Shown here piece after piece: positions 1 to 13,129 of a stretch of DNA of 64,000 bases. The notes beneath the pieces were generated by a model. That model saw only the letters and a program-made list of their open reading frames with translations, made no database searches and was not told the origin of the DNA. The translations under genes and the position numbers were made by a program. Source of the DNA: Lingula anatina (lineage: Eukaryota; Animalia; Brachiopoda); assembly GCA_051362555.1 (NCBI GenBank), contig CM120640.1, positions 6,758,001 through 6,822,000 on the forward strand, read 5' to 3'. Position 1 is the first letter of the stretch. Every line of letters begins with the position of its first letter.

Positions 1-317
1 AATTTTTTTTTTCTTGGATATTTTGAGAATTCTTGTTTATTGCATTTTATGGAGCTTGTCATTGGTAGTGGTGTTCCTTTTTTTTTTTTTGGTTTTCCAT
101 ACGAATGAGCTTACTCCAGCTGGTGGTACAATATCCAGAGGCGGTATTGGCTCTCTGATCCTCTAGTTCATGAAATGAATTTAACTTTTTACATTTAACA
201 ACTTCAGATTTTGATAGAACTTCTAAGGTGGAAAGGAGCAACGGTCTGGGCCTGGCTTTGGGGAGAAGAGGCAGCAGAAAAATCTGACAAACTAGAACAA
301 CTAAACCAGGAAGACTC

Positions 318-538
318 AGACCCCATTTCCAGAGATTAGATTGATCTACTTTAGATAGACCTAACTCCCTGGGGGTTCACGCTAAATAGCTGTCAGCCGA
401 GCGGACATGAAAGTTAATTACCCCCTTACAGCTTGAAGTAGGCGGGACGGCCATTTAAGCCGGATTATCTGACAGTAATCTAGTGAGACTCCCCGTGGGG
501 ATAGATTGATCTAAAAGCTCTGGGAATACAGCCTAATT
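318..538. mobile_element. ~220 bp MITE (PIF/Harbinger-like), copy 1
   Basis: Closely matches 54921-55137. Imperfect terminal inverted repeats (cccatttccagagatt ... ctctgggaata). Confidence 0.7.
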
Positions 539-1030
539 TTCAGTGCTGCTGTTGGGATACTGTATGGCATTCTGTTTCTTAATAAAATTGATACAGTTGC
601 CACTGGAACAACTTTGTTTTTGCAATGTGGATCAGATATTTGAAACTCATGGATTAATACCCAGTCAACTAATTTTTGCAAAACTGTTTTCAGTGAATCA
701 TGTAATAAAAAAAGTTTTAACTATAGGGGTTAACATTTAAGATAATTGTATATTACAGTATTTTGTTTTGCAATTATCATCATGGGATGTTGTCAATTAT
801 CAATATATTAATTAATCAGACATGAGCCTGGGTTTCAAAAGAAAAAAAAATTTGAACATATATAATGGAACCCAACACTTAACAGACCTTGGGGTCCAGG
901 ACTGCCTTAGAATTAAATTTAAAAAAGTTGAATTCCACGTTTCTGTAGAAAAAGCTCATGTCTGCTAAATTGGGTTTTGGTGTTAAGCGGAAGATTCCAC
1001 TAAAATCCCATTTTACAGGACCTATTTAAG

Positions 1031-1621
1031 TGCTCATTGACATTCCTTTGCAAACCAGAAAACCGGCTTCGTTGCTACCCATTTACACACAAATACACAT
1101 TACTTGTCTTCCCATGAAGAGCAGGGGTAGGAATCTTGAAGTTAAATCAATTAATAATTATAATGTGAGTTCATCAGCGCAATGATAAGGGATAATTGAG
1201 CATTGCAATTCTTCCAAATGCATTATCAGCTATTGACTACCTTATCATCAACTTTATTTCTAAAAAAATTATGAAGGCAAATTAGGGTGGACAATGCCAG
1301 CACTAATGGTTTAGCTTTTCTGATTTGTAGTGGTCCTGAAAAGGGCCGTTTTGTTGAGAGTAAATGCAGAATTTAAGCACGCTCTCTCTTCTTTTCAGGA
1401 CCAACAAATATCAGTGAAAAGCTATGCCAATAAGGTCAATGATTATACGTCTTCTGGCCACTATGTTAACACCCCCACCCCCGAATAAAAACAAAATCCA
1501 TATTATACAGTTACCTTGTATGTCTTGAAACAGCATATTATGTCAAATTAATGTTTAACTTATTATTTTAGGTATACCTTTTAATCAAATTTCTTAGGCA
1601 AACAAGTCCCTCGTGTATAAG

Positions 1622-1685
<64 letters not shown>

Positions 1686-2350
1686 TAGATAGATAGATAG
1701 ATAGATGATGCAGGCCTAATCTACCCTGAGTGTAAGGGCACAGTAAAGCTAGCTTGCTCACTATACCTTTATAGGTTATATATATGAAATCAAGTTGACA
1801 ATACCGAAATGTAGAGCCTAGGTCAGCCTAATCCTAATCCAGTCAGCTTTGTGCTATGTCAGCGAGTTGAGTTGGGTACAATGCATCGTCATCAGCAATT
1901 AGTAAAAAAATCTGCTTGCGTAGGGTGAATCTATCTATTAATAGTAGACTCTTACCTGTTGCAAAACAATCTTTACATAATAAGAGAAAATCCTGAAATT
2001 TCAAGCCTCTAAGCTACTACTATTCTTCACATAACCAATGACTGCCTTATAACAAAATTAATTTCGTTGAACATATCATTCAATGCAATCATAAACTGAT
2101 CAGACAAGATCCCTTTCAAGGAGAGGAGTCATTTCTCAAAGCAAAATCTTTTTACCAACTAAACAATCATTCATTACTTGAAAATGCTGTTAGTGTGAAA
2201 CCTAAATCCTTCTTAGCATAGTTAAGTAAACTGACAGTGCTCATGAAATAATCTATTACGAAAATTTGATATCTTGATCAGTATGAACAGAATGAAAGAA
2301 TATCATGGTAAAATTGTGTGTTGTTTCGTTGATGTCATTGAGTATTGTCA
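1031..2350. pseudogene. Decayed left-terminal histone unit: H3 3' end (-) fused to H4 3' end (+), both coding regions deleted
   Basis: 1332-1347 is a degenerate H3 stem-loop. ttaagcacgctctc is the H3 stop plus last codons, joined directly to cttttcaggaccaacaaa (H4 half stem-loop). Downstream spacer is homologous to 5404-5683 and 6553-7205. Confidence 0.85.
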
Positions 2351-2743
2351 ACTCAAGATCTTCACTTTATATGTCAAACAGTTTATGTTCATTTTCATTA
2401 GAACCTTTGCATCCGAAATACATAAACTTGCTGTTGAAATCTCCAATAAAGAGACAGTGTGTATATTGATTTGCGAAGAAACTGTTTCCTTGTTTGGACA
2501 AGTATTCTGTGGGTTATAAATAGCGACAATAGCAGTTTTTCACTTTTGTACATTGGTCTCAATGCCCACTACTTCTGCAGTCAGATTGTCGGTGTTTATA
2601 TCGTGGTGCGGTAAGTCTTTTCTAATTAGAATGGCCTCACACCCTCCTCTTGAGTCTCCATCTTTTCTGGTCGTATCAAATCCTGTGAAGGACTCATTTA
2701 AGGGGACCACGTCCGGTTTATGTTCTGATAAGTATTCTACAAG
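2351..2743 (-). mobile_element. Degraded APE-domain fragment of a Jockey/I-like LINE (element E)
   Basis: Minus strand encodes LVEYLSEHKPDVV... and aligns by eye with 52090-52500. Confidence 0.8.
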
Positions 2744-2753
2744 GGAATACTGG

Positions 2754-3650
2754 AAACAGTACAGTAGTAGTATAAGTTTGCTTCGGTAGAGCCATTGCGG
2801 GAAAGTTACGAGGTCTCATGCATCGAGATGCAAGAGCCTCTTTCAATCCCCCGAGTTCTTGTATATTGTCTTTTGCCTCTGTTACTGTGGCACGTCTGTC
2901 CGTGGTGTTATTTGGACGACTTGGATTTTTTTCTTTGCCCTTCCTCTTACACCGAATATGGGGCGTATGAATGCCTTGTATGCTCTAATCAAGGTAGAGC
3001 TTGAGGCACCCCAGCTGGAGCCTCTCAGTCTTACTAGGAGATTTGTCCTCTGTCTTGCTTTGGTTGTTAGATTTCTTATATGTGTTTTGAATGTCAGTTT
3101 TTGGTCTAGCGTGATGCCGTGTAAAGCGGCTTCCTTGACTTGTTTGATTTTTTCACCAAATAGATGAACTTCAGGCTGTATTTTTCTTTTTTTTTATTAC
3201 GGAAAACCACTAACTGAGTTTTTTGGGTGTTTAATTTGAGCACCAGAGTTCCAAGTCTCTGAGTACCAAGTTTAGTCTTATTTCTAGTGCTTTAGTGCTT
3301 TTAGCACTGGTCCATATCCCGAGATCGTCAGCAAATTGTGACGCCTCCACTTTGTGGGAAGGGTGTATGGGGAGGTCATTAATGAATTCACATAAATTAT
3401 GAAGAGAAGAGGGCTGAGAACTGACCCTTGCGGTGTGCCCGCATTCAGCCTGACTGGATGGGAGAGATTTGTTCCCACTTTGACTTTTATTTCTCTTTCA
3501 TTGAGGAAAGAAGATAGCAGTCTTACGAGTTTGTTTGGAATGCCGTAATGCCCTAGTTTGTACTTCAGTCCATCATTGCCACACGCTGTAGAATGCTTTT
3601 TTCACATCGAGCAAGATTGTTCCTGTGGCCCACTGTTTATTCATGGCTAG
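2754..3650 (-). mobile_element. Degraded Jockey/I-like LINE, lineage D (RT remnant plus 3' structured end)
   Basis: RLNAGTPQGSVLSPLLFIIYVN in ORF 3284-3478; frameshifts; internal deletion near 2945; conserved 3' motif at 2779-2852. Confidence 0.85.
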
Positions 3651-3668
3651 GAAAATATAAGTTTCCTC

Positions 3669-4107
3669 TGTAATACGAATGCCCTCTCTCCCCCGGATAT
3701 GTTTATACACATCATGAGAAATGAAATGTGATTAAAATTTTGTGATACAAAAGAAATGGATGTGATTACGCCCCTCCTCATATTTGTACAGAAATGCTTG
3801 GAGAAGAGAGTAAGTCTTTTTGCGCATGTCCAAACCAGATCATGATACCAGTGTGAGACCCGTTATGCGCTGTCAGCAGAGACTGGGCGTGTAGATCAAA
3901 CCTTGTAAATTAATTATGAAATGCGACATACGTATCCATTTGTATAGTCATTGACATCAGCAATATGCTAATCTATATAGATATTTATTTATCTATTTAT
4001 TTGTCTGTACTATGTTATAGTTACTAGTATTGTTATTGATTGTACCTTTATGTGAAGGTGTTTGTCAATAAAGAATCGTATCGGCTAGTTCGGCTGTTTC
4101 CACTAAT
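3669..4107 (+). mobile_element. Possible solo-LTR-like insertion
   Basis: Starts TGTAA, has AATAAA near its end (~4067) and is unrelated to the histone unit. The right end is obscured by the adjacent MITE. Confidence 0.3.
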
Positions 4108-4110
4108 CTG

Positions 4111-5027
4111 GGCCCGGTTGCACCAACAGGGCGTAAATTTACTCGGCTACGACTGTCGTAAACAGCAACGCCTGGCGTCCGTGCGCCAGGTTTACTCTCC
4201 CTGCTTACGCCCGTTGCACCAAGACAAAAACTGATCGTCGTAACTACGCCCGAGTAACGCTCCGTTGCGCCACTGGCCAACAATACGTGGATGGTATAAT
4301 TGGGCAAATGAGGAGTTCTCAGCTGCAGTCATAATGGAATGATGACATAAATAAACACAAAAGGAGCATTTCAGTGACGGAGAAATTCATGAGCTACATT
4401 ATTCCATTTTGATTTAGAAATAAGAACGTTAAAATACGTTAACTTTGCTGTTGCCTTGGATATATAGCAATAAAATCGTAAATATATTCCGAATCAAAAT
4501 ATTATTATAGAATGCTATGTATGCTATTATAGTATGCTGTTGTAAATGAGAAAAACGCGTTGGAGGCAGTACGTATTTCTATTAATGGATTTGAACACTT
4601 TCACATTTGTTATTGGAACATTTGAGTCTGAAAATAATCAAAAAAAGCCAGCATTGCTTTCTTTTTATAATTTTACTACAATTTCATGACCTTTTTTATC
4701 TATGGTTACACCGTGAGGTATCATTTAATTCAATCGAGCTTACATCTTGGAGATTGAGAAATACAAGAGACCTAATACATATTATATGAGCCTTAAAATG
4801 TTGATATTTTAAGCTTTCGTCTCTATGTTTATATATAGTAAAATATGAATGATATAAAATGTGAATAAAAAATGACTATGGTTTGTTATGGTTTGTCAAA
4901 AATCGTGAAAAGAATTAAAGACACCGTACTGCTGAGAGCCAAGGCGTGTCGACATGAGTGGTAAGATTTAATTTGAACACATGCATGTACATGTACATGG
5001 CTACACACATAATGTATTTAATAATCA

Positions 5028-5077
<50 letters not shown>

Positions 5078-5401
5078 TGTATAAAATTAGTTTTTTAAAA
5101 ACCAAGCTATACAGACGGAAGTTTTGTGTAAGAAATAAACAAAAAACAACCCACATAATCTACGTTAACTACGATAATTGTCATCAAACTCTCTCTGTGC
5201 CAGCCTAGCCATAGTGGAAAACGAGCTACGACCGACTTACTCCACCTAACTAGCAGGCGTAAATTTACGACTAAGTTAAGACCGACGTAAACACTACTCC
5301 AGTTTGGTGCAACTGGCTTTTCTCGGGCGTAGCATTTTGCGCCCGGTTTACGCCGGCGCAACTGCTACGCCTCACTTACGACCGGTTGGTGCAACCGGGC
5401 C
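4111..5401. mobile_element. Non-autonomous PIF/Harbinger-type DNA transposon (~1.3 kb)
   Basis: TIR ggcccggttgcaccaac / gttggtgcaaccgggcc; flanked by CTG at 4108-4110 and 5402-5404 (CWG-type TSD); subterminal cgtaa/ttacg repeats; no transposase ORF. Confidence 0.8.
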
Positions 5402-5683
5402 CTGACCAACAAATATCAATGAAAAGCTATGCCAATAAGGTCGAATTATTAGACGTCTGCTGGCCACTATATGAGCATCCCCGAATAAAAACAAAACCTA
5501 TTATATTGGAACCTAGCTTGTGCGTCTGTTTAACTCATTATTTTACATACGCCTTTTAATCGTTTCAAAATAAATTCAAAGTTTTAGGCGAACAAGTCCC
5601 CCGTGTAATAGCAACAATGTACACAGATGCCTAATCTACCCTGAGAGAAAGTACAGTAAAGATAGCTTGCTCACTATACCTTT

Positions 5684-5984
5684 TCGTGTGTTGGCTTTAC
5701 AGTGCGGTATTGCTGATGTGGGCTATATACTGCACAGAAAGCTCTTTTTGGTCTGAAAAGCTGTAAGCCACTTTCTACTAGACTGTCGTCATCAATAAAA
5801 GAAAAAAAGTACTATTTCATACTCTCGATACGGCTTTTCAATGATCACTGACAGATCTCCCGTAGAAAAAAATCAACTTACGCTTTTGCAACGAACTTCT
5901 AGGTGTACATACTAGACCAAAGATGTGATAAAAACTCTATCCAGAAGTTTAGGGAAAGATTCAGGGACAGAATAACACAAGAAT

Positions 5985-6022
<38 letters not shown>

Positions 6023-6552
6023 ACCAACACCAAGTCCAAATTGCAATTTTATTGTCAATACAAGAACAAATATGTGAAGGAAAGATACTTAGATACAATT
6101 AAAGATAGAGATAAATACACCACTTTAACTCGATTCCGCATAAGTGCACACAACCTATAGGTATGGAAACAGGTAGACATGAAAGAATTTCTCAAGCAGA
6201 GAGAATTTGCAAAAAGTGTGATTCTGGGAAAATAGAAGATGAAATCCATTTCCTAGTGTCTTGCCCTCTTTATACAGATCTCCGATATGATCTTTATTCA
6301 CTGTACAAAAGACAATATAGTAACTTTGAGCATCTTACCAGAATGGATAAATTTATAACACTAATGACTGGTTAGAAGAATGAACATATATGGCCACTTA
6401 GGCTCTGCCAAATATGTTTTGCTTTTTTTCTTACAAGTAGTCATACTATATCACTATGTAAAATAATTGCTATTTATTTATAATTGCATTCCTATAGTAC
6501 ATTTTCATCTACCATGATGTAGATGCATACGATGCAATGAATAAAGCAAAGC
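5684..6552 (+). mobile_element. RTEX-like LINE 3' relic fixed in every homogenized unit (also ~13405, ~21768, ~29498, ~40478)
   Basis: KYTTLTRFRISAHNL*..ETGRH..ERICKKC..IEDEIHFLVSCPLY, a C-terminal zinc-finger-type motif; internal (GA)n; AATAAA near the end; absent from the left terminal unit (~1770). Confidence 0.75.
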
Positions 6553-7759
6553 ATATATATGAAAACAAGCCGGCAATACCGAAATCTAGAGCTTAAGGTG
6601 GCCTAATCCCAATCCAGTCAGCTTCATGCTATGTCAGCAAATTGAGCTGGGTACAATGGATCGTCATCAGCAATAAGTGCTAAGGTAACCACTTACAACA
6701 GATAATAAATCGCCCTGGGTAGGGTGAATCTATCTATTAAAAGTAGACTCTTACCTGTCGCAAAACAAACTCAACATAAAAGAGAACATCCTGAGATTTC
6801 AAGCCTCTAAGCTACTACTATTCTTCACAAAACCATTGATTACCTTATAACAGAATTGATTTCGTTTAACAAATCGTTCAATGCAATCATTAAGCAGCAA
6901 TCAAACACGGTCCATTTCAAGGAGAGGAGACAAGATTTCACTTAATTTTCACCAACTAAACAATCATTAATTAATTGATAATGCTGTTATTGTGAAATCT
7001 AATTCTGTCTTAGCAAAGTTAAGTAAACTGACAGAGCCCATGAAATAATCTATAACGAAATTTTGATATCTTATTCAGTACAAACAGAATGGAAGAAAAT
7101 CACGGTAAAATTGTCTTTAAAAAAAAAAAGCTATTATTTCCTTTTTATTGATTTTAAAATTTGTCTTTCTTGTTGTAGATGTTATTCATAATAATATTGT
7201 CAACTGTGCTGAAGTGCATGCTTAAGGCACTTTATTTTTAAGAGAGAATTTTTTAAAAGTATTTTATCTGCCACTAAAACCATAGTAGCTCCAATGTCCT
7301 GTAGCTGCTAACAAATAATCAAATAAAAACTCCAGAATACACAGTGATTTCACCTAATTTAAATGCATTTGTCAACATATTGTATGTGAAAATAAAAAAA
7401 GGAAAGCGTGTGCTAATCAGCAGTGTAATACATAACAATTAAGTAATATTTCCACTTGTTACTGTAGATTACGTATGTTATGTCTTTCAAATTCAATTGT
7501 GTGCCGGGGATCATCAAGGCCTCTACTTTTCAAACAGCTGATAATTTACTTATTGGTTTAGATGTTGAGAAACATGCCCACAATGAGAGCAGAGACAATG
7601 CTATACTGTGTAAATAAAAGATTGTAGAATGCAAAACGAATTCTTCTATGTCAGAGTGTAGGGATTCTTGTGCGTGTGTGAACATGCACATTTCTTGTTT
7701 GTTATCACGTGTATGTCTTATAATAACATTTGGTATAGCTTTCCTGGAAAGATATGGTT

Positions 7760-7775
7760 GGTCCTGAAAAGGACC
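7760..7775 (-). terminator. H2B histone mRNA 3' stem-loop
   Basis: Sense GGTCCTTTTCAGGACC followed by a purine-rich GAAAGCT downstream element; present after every H2B copy. Confidence 0.95.
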
Positions 7776-7802
7776 GTTTGTGTAAATCACCGACTTGCTG
7801 AT

Positions 7803-8171
7803 TTACTTGGAGCTGGTGTACTTGGTGACGGCCTTTGTGCCCTCACTGACAGCGTGCTTAGCAAGCTCACCGGGCAGCAAGAGACGGACAGCAGTCTGAA
7901 CCTCTCGGCTGGTGATGGTGGAACGCTTGTTGTAGTGGGCAAGGCGGGAAGCTTCACCGGCAATACGCTCAAAGATGTCATTGACAAAGCTGTTCATGAT
8001 GCTCATGGCTTTGCTGGAGATACCGGTGTCAGGGTGCACCTGTTTCATCACTTTGTAGATGTAGATGCTGTAGCTTTCCTTTCTCTTCCTCCTTCTCTTC
8101 TTGTCACCACTACGTGCGGCCTTAGCCTTACCGGCTTTCTTGGCGCCCTTGGAGCTCACTTTGGGAGGCAT
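7803..8171 (-). CDS. H2B: Histone H2B
   Basis: 122 aa, [27 protein letters not shown]...KYTSSK. Confidence 0.99.
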   Translation of the reverse strand: MPPKVSSKGAKKAGKAKAARSGDKKRRRKRKESYSIYIYKVMKQVHPDTGISSKAMSIMNSFVNDIFERIAGEASRLAHYNKRSTITSREVQTAVRLLLPGELAKHAVSEGTKAVTKYTSSK

Positions 8172-8230
8172 GGTACTTGTATTCTACCGTACAAATTGAA
8201 CGTTGAATACTGGCAGAAGAGAGCGTTTTG

Positions 8231-8258
8231 TATTTATACAACGCGTTATGCAAATAAG
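8231..8258 (-). promoter_or_regulatory. H2B promoter: TATA box plus octamer-containing H2B box
   Basis: Sense CCTTATTTGCATAA...TATAAATA (octamer 8248-8255, TATA 8231-8238). Confidence 0.85.
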
Positions 8259-8369
8259 GGGATCCAGCGCTACACGTTGTGAAATTCACAATCGGATTGG
8301 GTGAAGTTCCCAGCGCGCAACAAATGCAGCGTCGAAGCCGAGGCAATTGAAAGTAGCATATGTCTTATA

Positions 8370-8465
8370 GGTATAGCTTTCCTGGAAAGATATGGTTGGT
8401 CCTGAAAAGGACCGTTTGTGTAAATCACCGACTTGCTGATTTACTTGGAGCTGGTGTACTTGGTG
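8370..8465 (-). repeat. Duplicated H2B 3' end (last codons, stop, stem-loop, downstream element) upstream of the H2B promoter
   Basis: Identical to 7732-7827; present in all homogenized units. Confidence 0.92.
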
Positions 8466-8640
8466 TGCTTAGATAGAATATTTTATGAGTAATTTTACTA
8501 GTACTTATCTTCATTATATAAAGATGGTAATGCACTAACTGTATTGTATCATCATTTGTATTTCATATTGTACAAGGTCATGACAATCTATGTACCAGTA
8601 CAGAAATAAATTGAATTGAAATAAATTGAAATTAAATTGA
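8466..8640 (+). mobile_element. 3' tail of an RTEX-like LINE fixed in the unit
   Basis: Near-exact reverse complement of 20441-20587; ends in aaataaattg-like tandem tail. Confidence 0.8.
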
Positions 8641-9226
8641 CTTCATGAAAGCACTTAGTCTACAGTCCAAAGTGGTCTCATCATAAACGAAAACAACGTG
8701 CGTATGCTGTTATTTTCAACTTCTTGACAGCAGTTTATTTATCAAAACAAGACGTTATCTTCAATGAGGTGTCAAAGCAATGATCTGATTGCAATCAAGA
8801 AGCTGACAGCAATTAAGGTGTCCTAAGATTTCAATCAAGTCTGACATCAAGGCACTTTTGATACTCAATTAAGCACAATACAATACGAGCCTATATCATA
8901 TACTTCTATGCCTATATGAGGTATTCACCATGGCAGTCAAACCGTGCTCGTTATATCATTAACAATATTAATAAAAATACGTTTCTGGAAGGAGGATGTG
9001 AAGCACTTGTTTTGTATCATGCAAAACCACATGTACCTATAGTTATTTCATGGCCCCTGTGGTACCAAACAATCTATGTAGAGTTATGCAAATTAGAGGC
9101 TCGTATGTTGCACAGTGAGAACGAGGGCAAGTTAAGCGCTCTCTTTACCTATTGGCAGTTATTTCGACTATGCTGTCTTATTGGACAGATTTGCGTGCAG
9201 CACTGAATCCCCATCGATGGCTATAA

Positions 9227-9670
<444 letters not shown>

Positions 9671-9697
9671 ATTGCTGTTTGCAAATTTACAACAAAC

Positions 9698-9713
9698 GGT
9701 CCTTTTCAGGACC
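9698..9713 (+). terminator. H2A histone 3' stem-loop
   Basis: GGTCCTTTTCAGGACC then GAAAAGCT. Confidence 0.95.
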
Positions 9714-11146
9714 AACCACATATTCATAGAAAAGCTACGCCAATGAAGTTCATTACGAATTAATTTTCACATCCCAAATACTCTCTCGTAATGCTAGACG
9801 CGATTAATCCCACTATTCTCTGTATATCGTGAATATGAAACCATAAATAAGAATTGGTCCTTGTCACCCAGAAGAGTGAAAAATCAAGTTTATAATTGAT
9901 ATCTGCAAAATCAACTTTGACTTAATCACTGGTGACAGACAGCTGAACTAATTGTCACAGTGTCATGTACAAGCCAAGCTTTGCTGTATTGTAAACATAC
10001 ACATTCATTTTATATATTTATTTGCACGCGTGAGAGAACAGAGGATTTTATTGTCTTCCCAGGAGTTAAGAAGCACAAAAAAACATATCTATAGGCTCTA
10101 ATTTGTTTATGGGATCTGTCTTTTTTCTTTTTTTTTTTTTTTTCACAATATTGATAAATATTTCTGATGAAAAGAGCATCTTTTGTCTTTTTTCCTTCTT
10201 TTAATAAAGGTACGAAAATTATGTTTTAGGTGTCTTTTATTTAATTCTGTATAGGAAAAGGTAGACAATTTAAATGGCCCGCTTTTCTTTTACCTTTTTC
10301 TAACACTAACACTTACAGTTACCCTTTACTGCAAAAAGAGTGATCATTTTCTTGCAGAAAAGCAGTTTTAGCACTCAATATACATGTTGTATGTAAAATG
10401 ATATGGGCCTGCCCCTAAATGGCTTAATTTGATAACTGTTTTAAACATGTACTGCTACTTTTAGGTAGCTTATTAAACGAAAGAATTTTATGAAATCCTT
10501 TTTCATTATTTCGCAAAGGCAAAAGAAATCCACGACTGTCTCAATTTTAATTTAGTTTTTAATTTTTACTATGTCTAAAGTTACATAATGTAAGGAGCCC
10601 TAAATGGTAACATATATGCTCCAGTAACGTATGTTCCAGGTCATTTAATTTTAATTTTTATATCGGTTTCCCTATATTTTGTAGTGATTCAATCATGGTA
10701 TATTATGCATAATGTAAATATGTTTTTGTAAATATTTAAACTGTAACTCCACCTTTCCACGGAAAAAGCTCATATCCGATAAAATAAATATATAATTGAT
10801 AAAATTACTAGAAATTTGGACAGTTTGTTAGTTTATGTGAAGAATCATATTCCCTGCACTGTATTAAAGTTATTTATTCACAGATTTTGGAATTTCTTTT
10901 CAAATCTAATGAATGTTGAATACAGCAAAATGTATTTCATTAGTTTTTTATTAAACAAATATATAAATGCATGTTATGAAGGAACCAAACTGCCAATGTG
11001 CTGTTTTATATCCAAATACAGGACTGTGTTATTTTGAAATTAGATGATAGTTGATGTGATAAATGCACCTGAAAGAAAAGTTAAGACGATCCTTGATGTT
11101 AACGGTTGGTGGAGATTTTGCCTATAATACGAGTACAACAATATTA

Positions 11147-11186
<40 letters not shown>

Positions 11187-11757
11187 TGTAATGACTTGAT
11201 CTTTTCAACGGGGAAAACTTTGCATTTTTTTTTTTTTTTTCAATTTATTTTTGTGGTGCTTTTGCTGTACAGATAAGATGGCCTGCCATTCAGTTTTGTT
11301 GTCGAAACCCAATAGGAATGTTTCTCCTCTCTTGAAAGAATACATGACTTTAAAAGTACAGCATCTGTAAAATTCAGAATTTCCCCCACTGAAAAGATCG
11401 AGTGATTACAGTAAATGACCTAAAATACTGCAGTACTAAAACTTGAACCAAATTTTAGTATATAATAAGCATGTAAAATGCACTGCTAATGAAAATATGT
11501 AAAACAATTAAAAATCGAGGATCTGCACACTGGCATGCCTTTGCAAACCAGAAAACCGACTTCTTTGCTACTCATTATAGCGCATTTGCTACTCATTATA
11601 GAGATAATTAATTGTGAATAGTAATTCTTTCAAATGCATTATCAACTATTGATTTCCTTTTCATCAACTTTAATTATTTCAGAAGAAATTATACGAAGAC
11701 AATTCAGGGTGGACAACGTACGTCAGCACTAATGGTTTAGCTTTTCTGATTTGTAGT

Positions 11758-11773
11758 GGTCCTGAAAAGGACC
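11758..11773 (-). terminator. H3 histone 3' stem-loop
   Basis: Sense GGTCCTTTTCAGGACC then GAAAAGCT. Confidence 0.95.
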
Positions 11774-11798
11774 GTTTTGTTGAGAGTAAAAGCAGAAT

Positions 11799-12227
<429 letters not shown>

Positions 12228-12617
12228 TCAAATAACTTGAATGATTTGGGGTATATGCTACAGAGATTTGTAATATAGCGGTCTATTTGGTGATTGGATG
12301 ACCCAAATTCCTGTCCTATTTTGAGCGCACCTCATTGGATGTATTTTCATTAAAAAAAAGTCATTGAATATGTATAACTACACGTGTGCGCTTTAAATAT
12401 GCAGCATTGAATCCGAGGCAGAGTGAAGGAATGACATATTTCTGCATGTATCACCAAGTTTAGTGGATTTCTGAAAGAAATAAAAATTGGCAATATAAAT
12501 ATAATTAATTCCCACCAATTAAGATCCAACTTCTGTAACGTTCTTAAAGTGATCTCTCTTTGCTAAGAAAAACATAGTTGCAAGATAGATGAAATGTGTT
12601 TGAACTCTACGATTTGC

Positions 12618-12715
12618 CCAATCATATCACTCTACAAGCACAAGTGGTCGTTTTGGCCAATCAAGTTAAGATTTGGTGTTGAAGATCGTTGGCGTCGGAT
12701 AGGTGAGTATATAAT
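12618..12715 (+). promoter_or_regulatory. H4 promoter (CCAAT boxes, TATATAAT at 12708)
   Basis: Two ccaatc motifs and TATATAAT 67 bp upstream of the ATG. Confidence 0.7.
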
Positions 12716-12738
12716 ACGAGGCAACCTTCGGCGATTAA

Positions 12739-13086
<348 letters not shown>

Positions 13087-13113
13087 GCAAACTTCTCATT
13101 GAGACAAACAAAC

Positions 13114-13129
13114 GGTCCTTTTCAGGACC
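13114..13129 (+). terminator. H4 histone 3' stem-loop
   Basis: GGTCCTTTTCAGGACC then ATGAAAAGCT. Confidence 0.95.

Noticed and set aside
59-284. Possible minus-strand exon at the window start
   Set aside because: There is a short open frame with a plausible acceptor but no recognizable homology, so it cannot be supported.
7668-8282. 204-aa plus-strand ORF and similar long ORFs antisense to histones or LINE ORF2 (e.g. 11868-12278, 32356-33210)
   Set aside because: These are shadow frames of real coding sequence with no recognizable motifs.
9720-11750. Possible H1, 5S rRNA or snRNA gene in the unit spacers
   Set aside because: Only AT-rich sequence and homopolymer runs; no Lys/Ala-rich ORF or recognizable RNA gene by eye.
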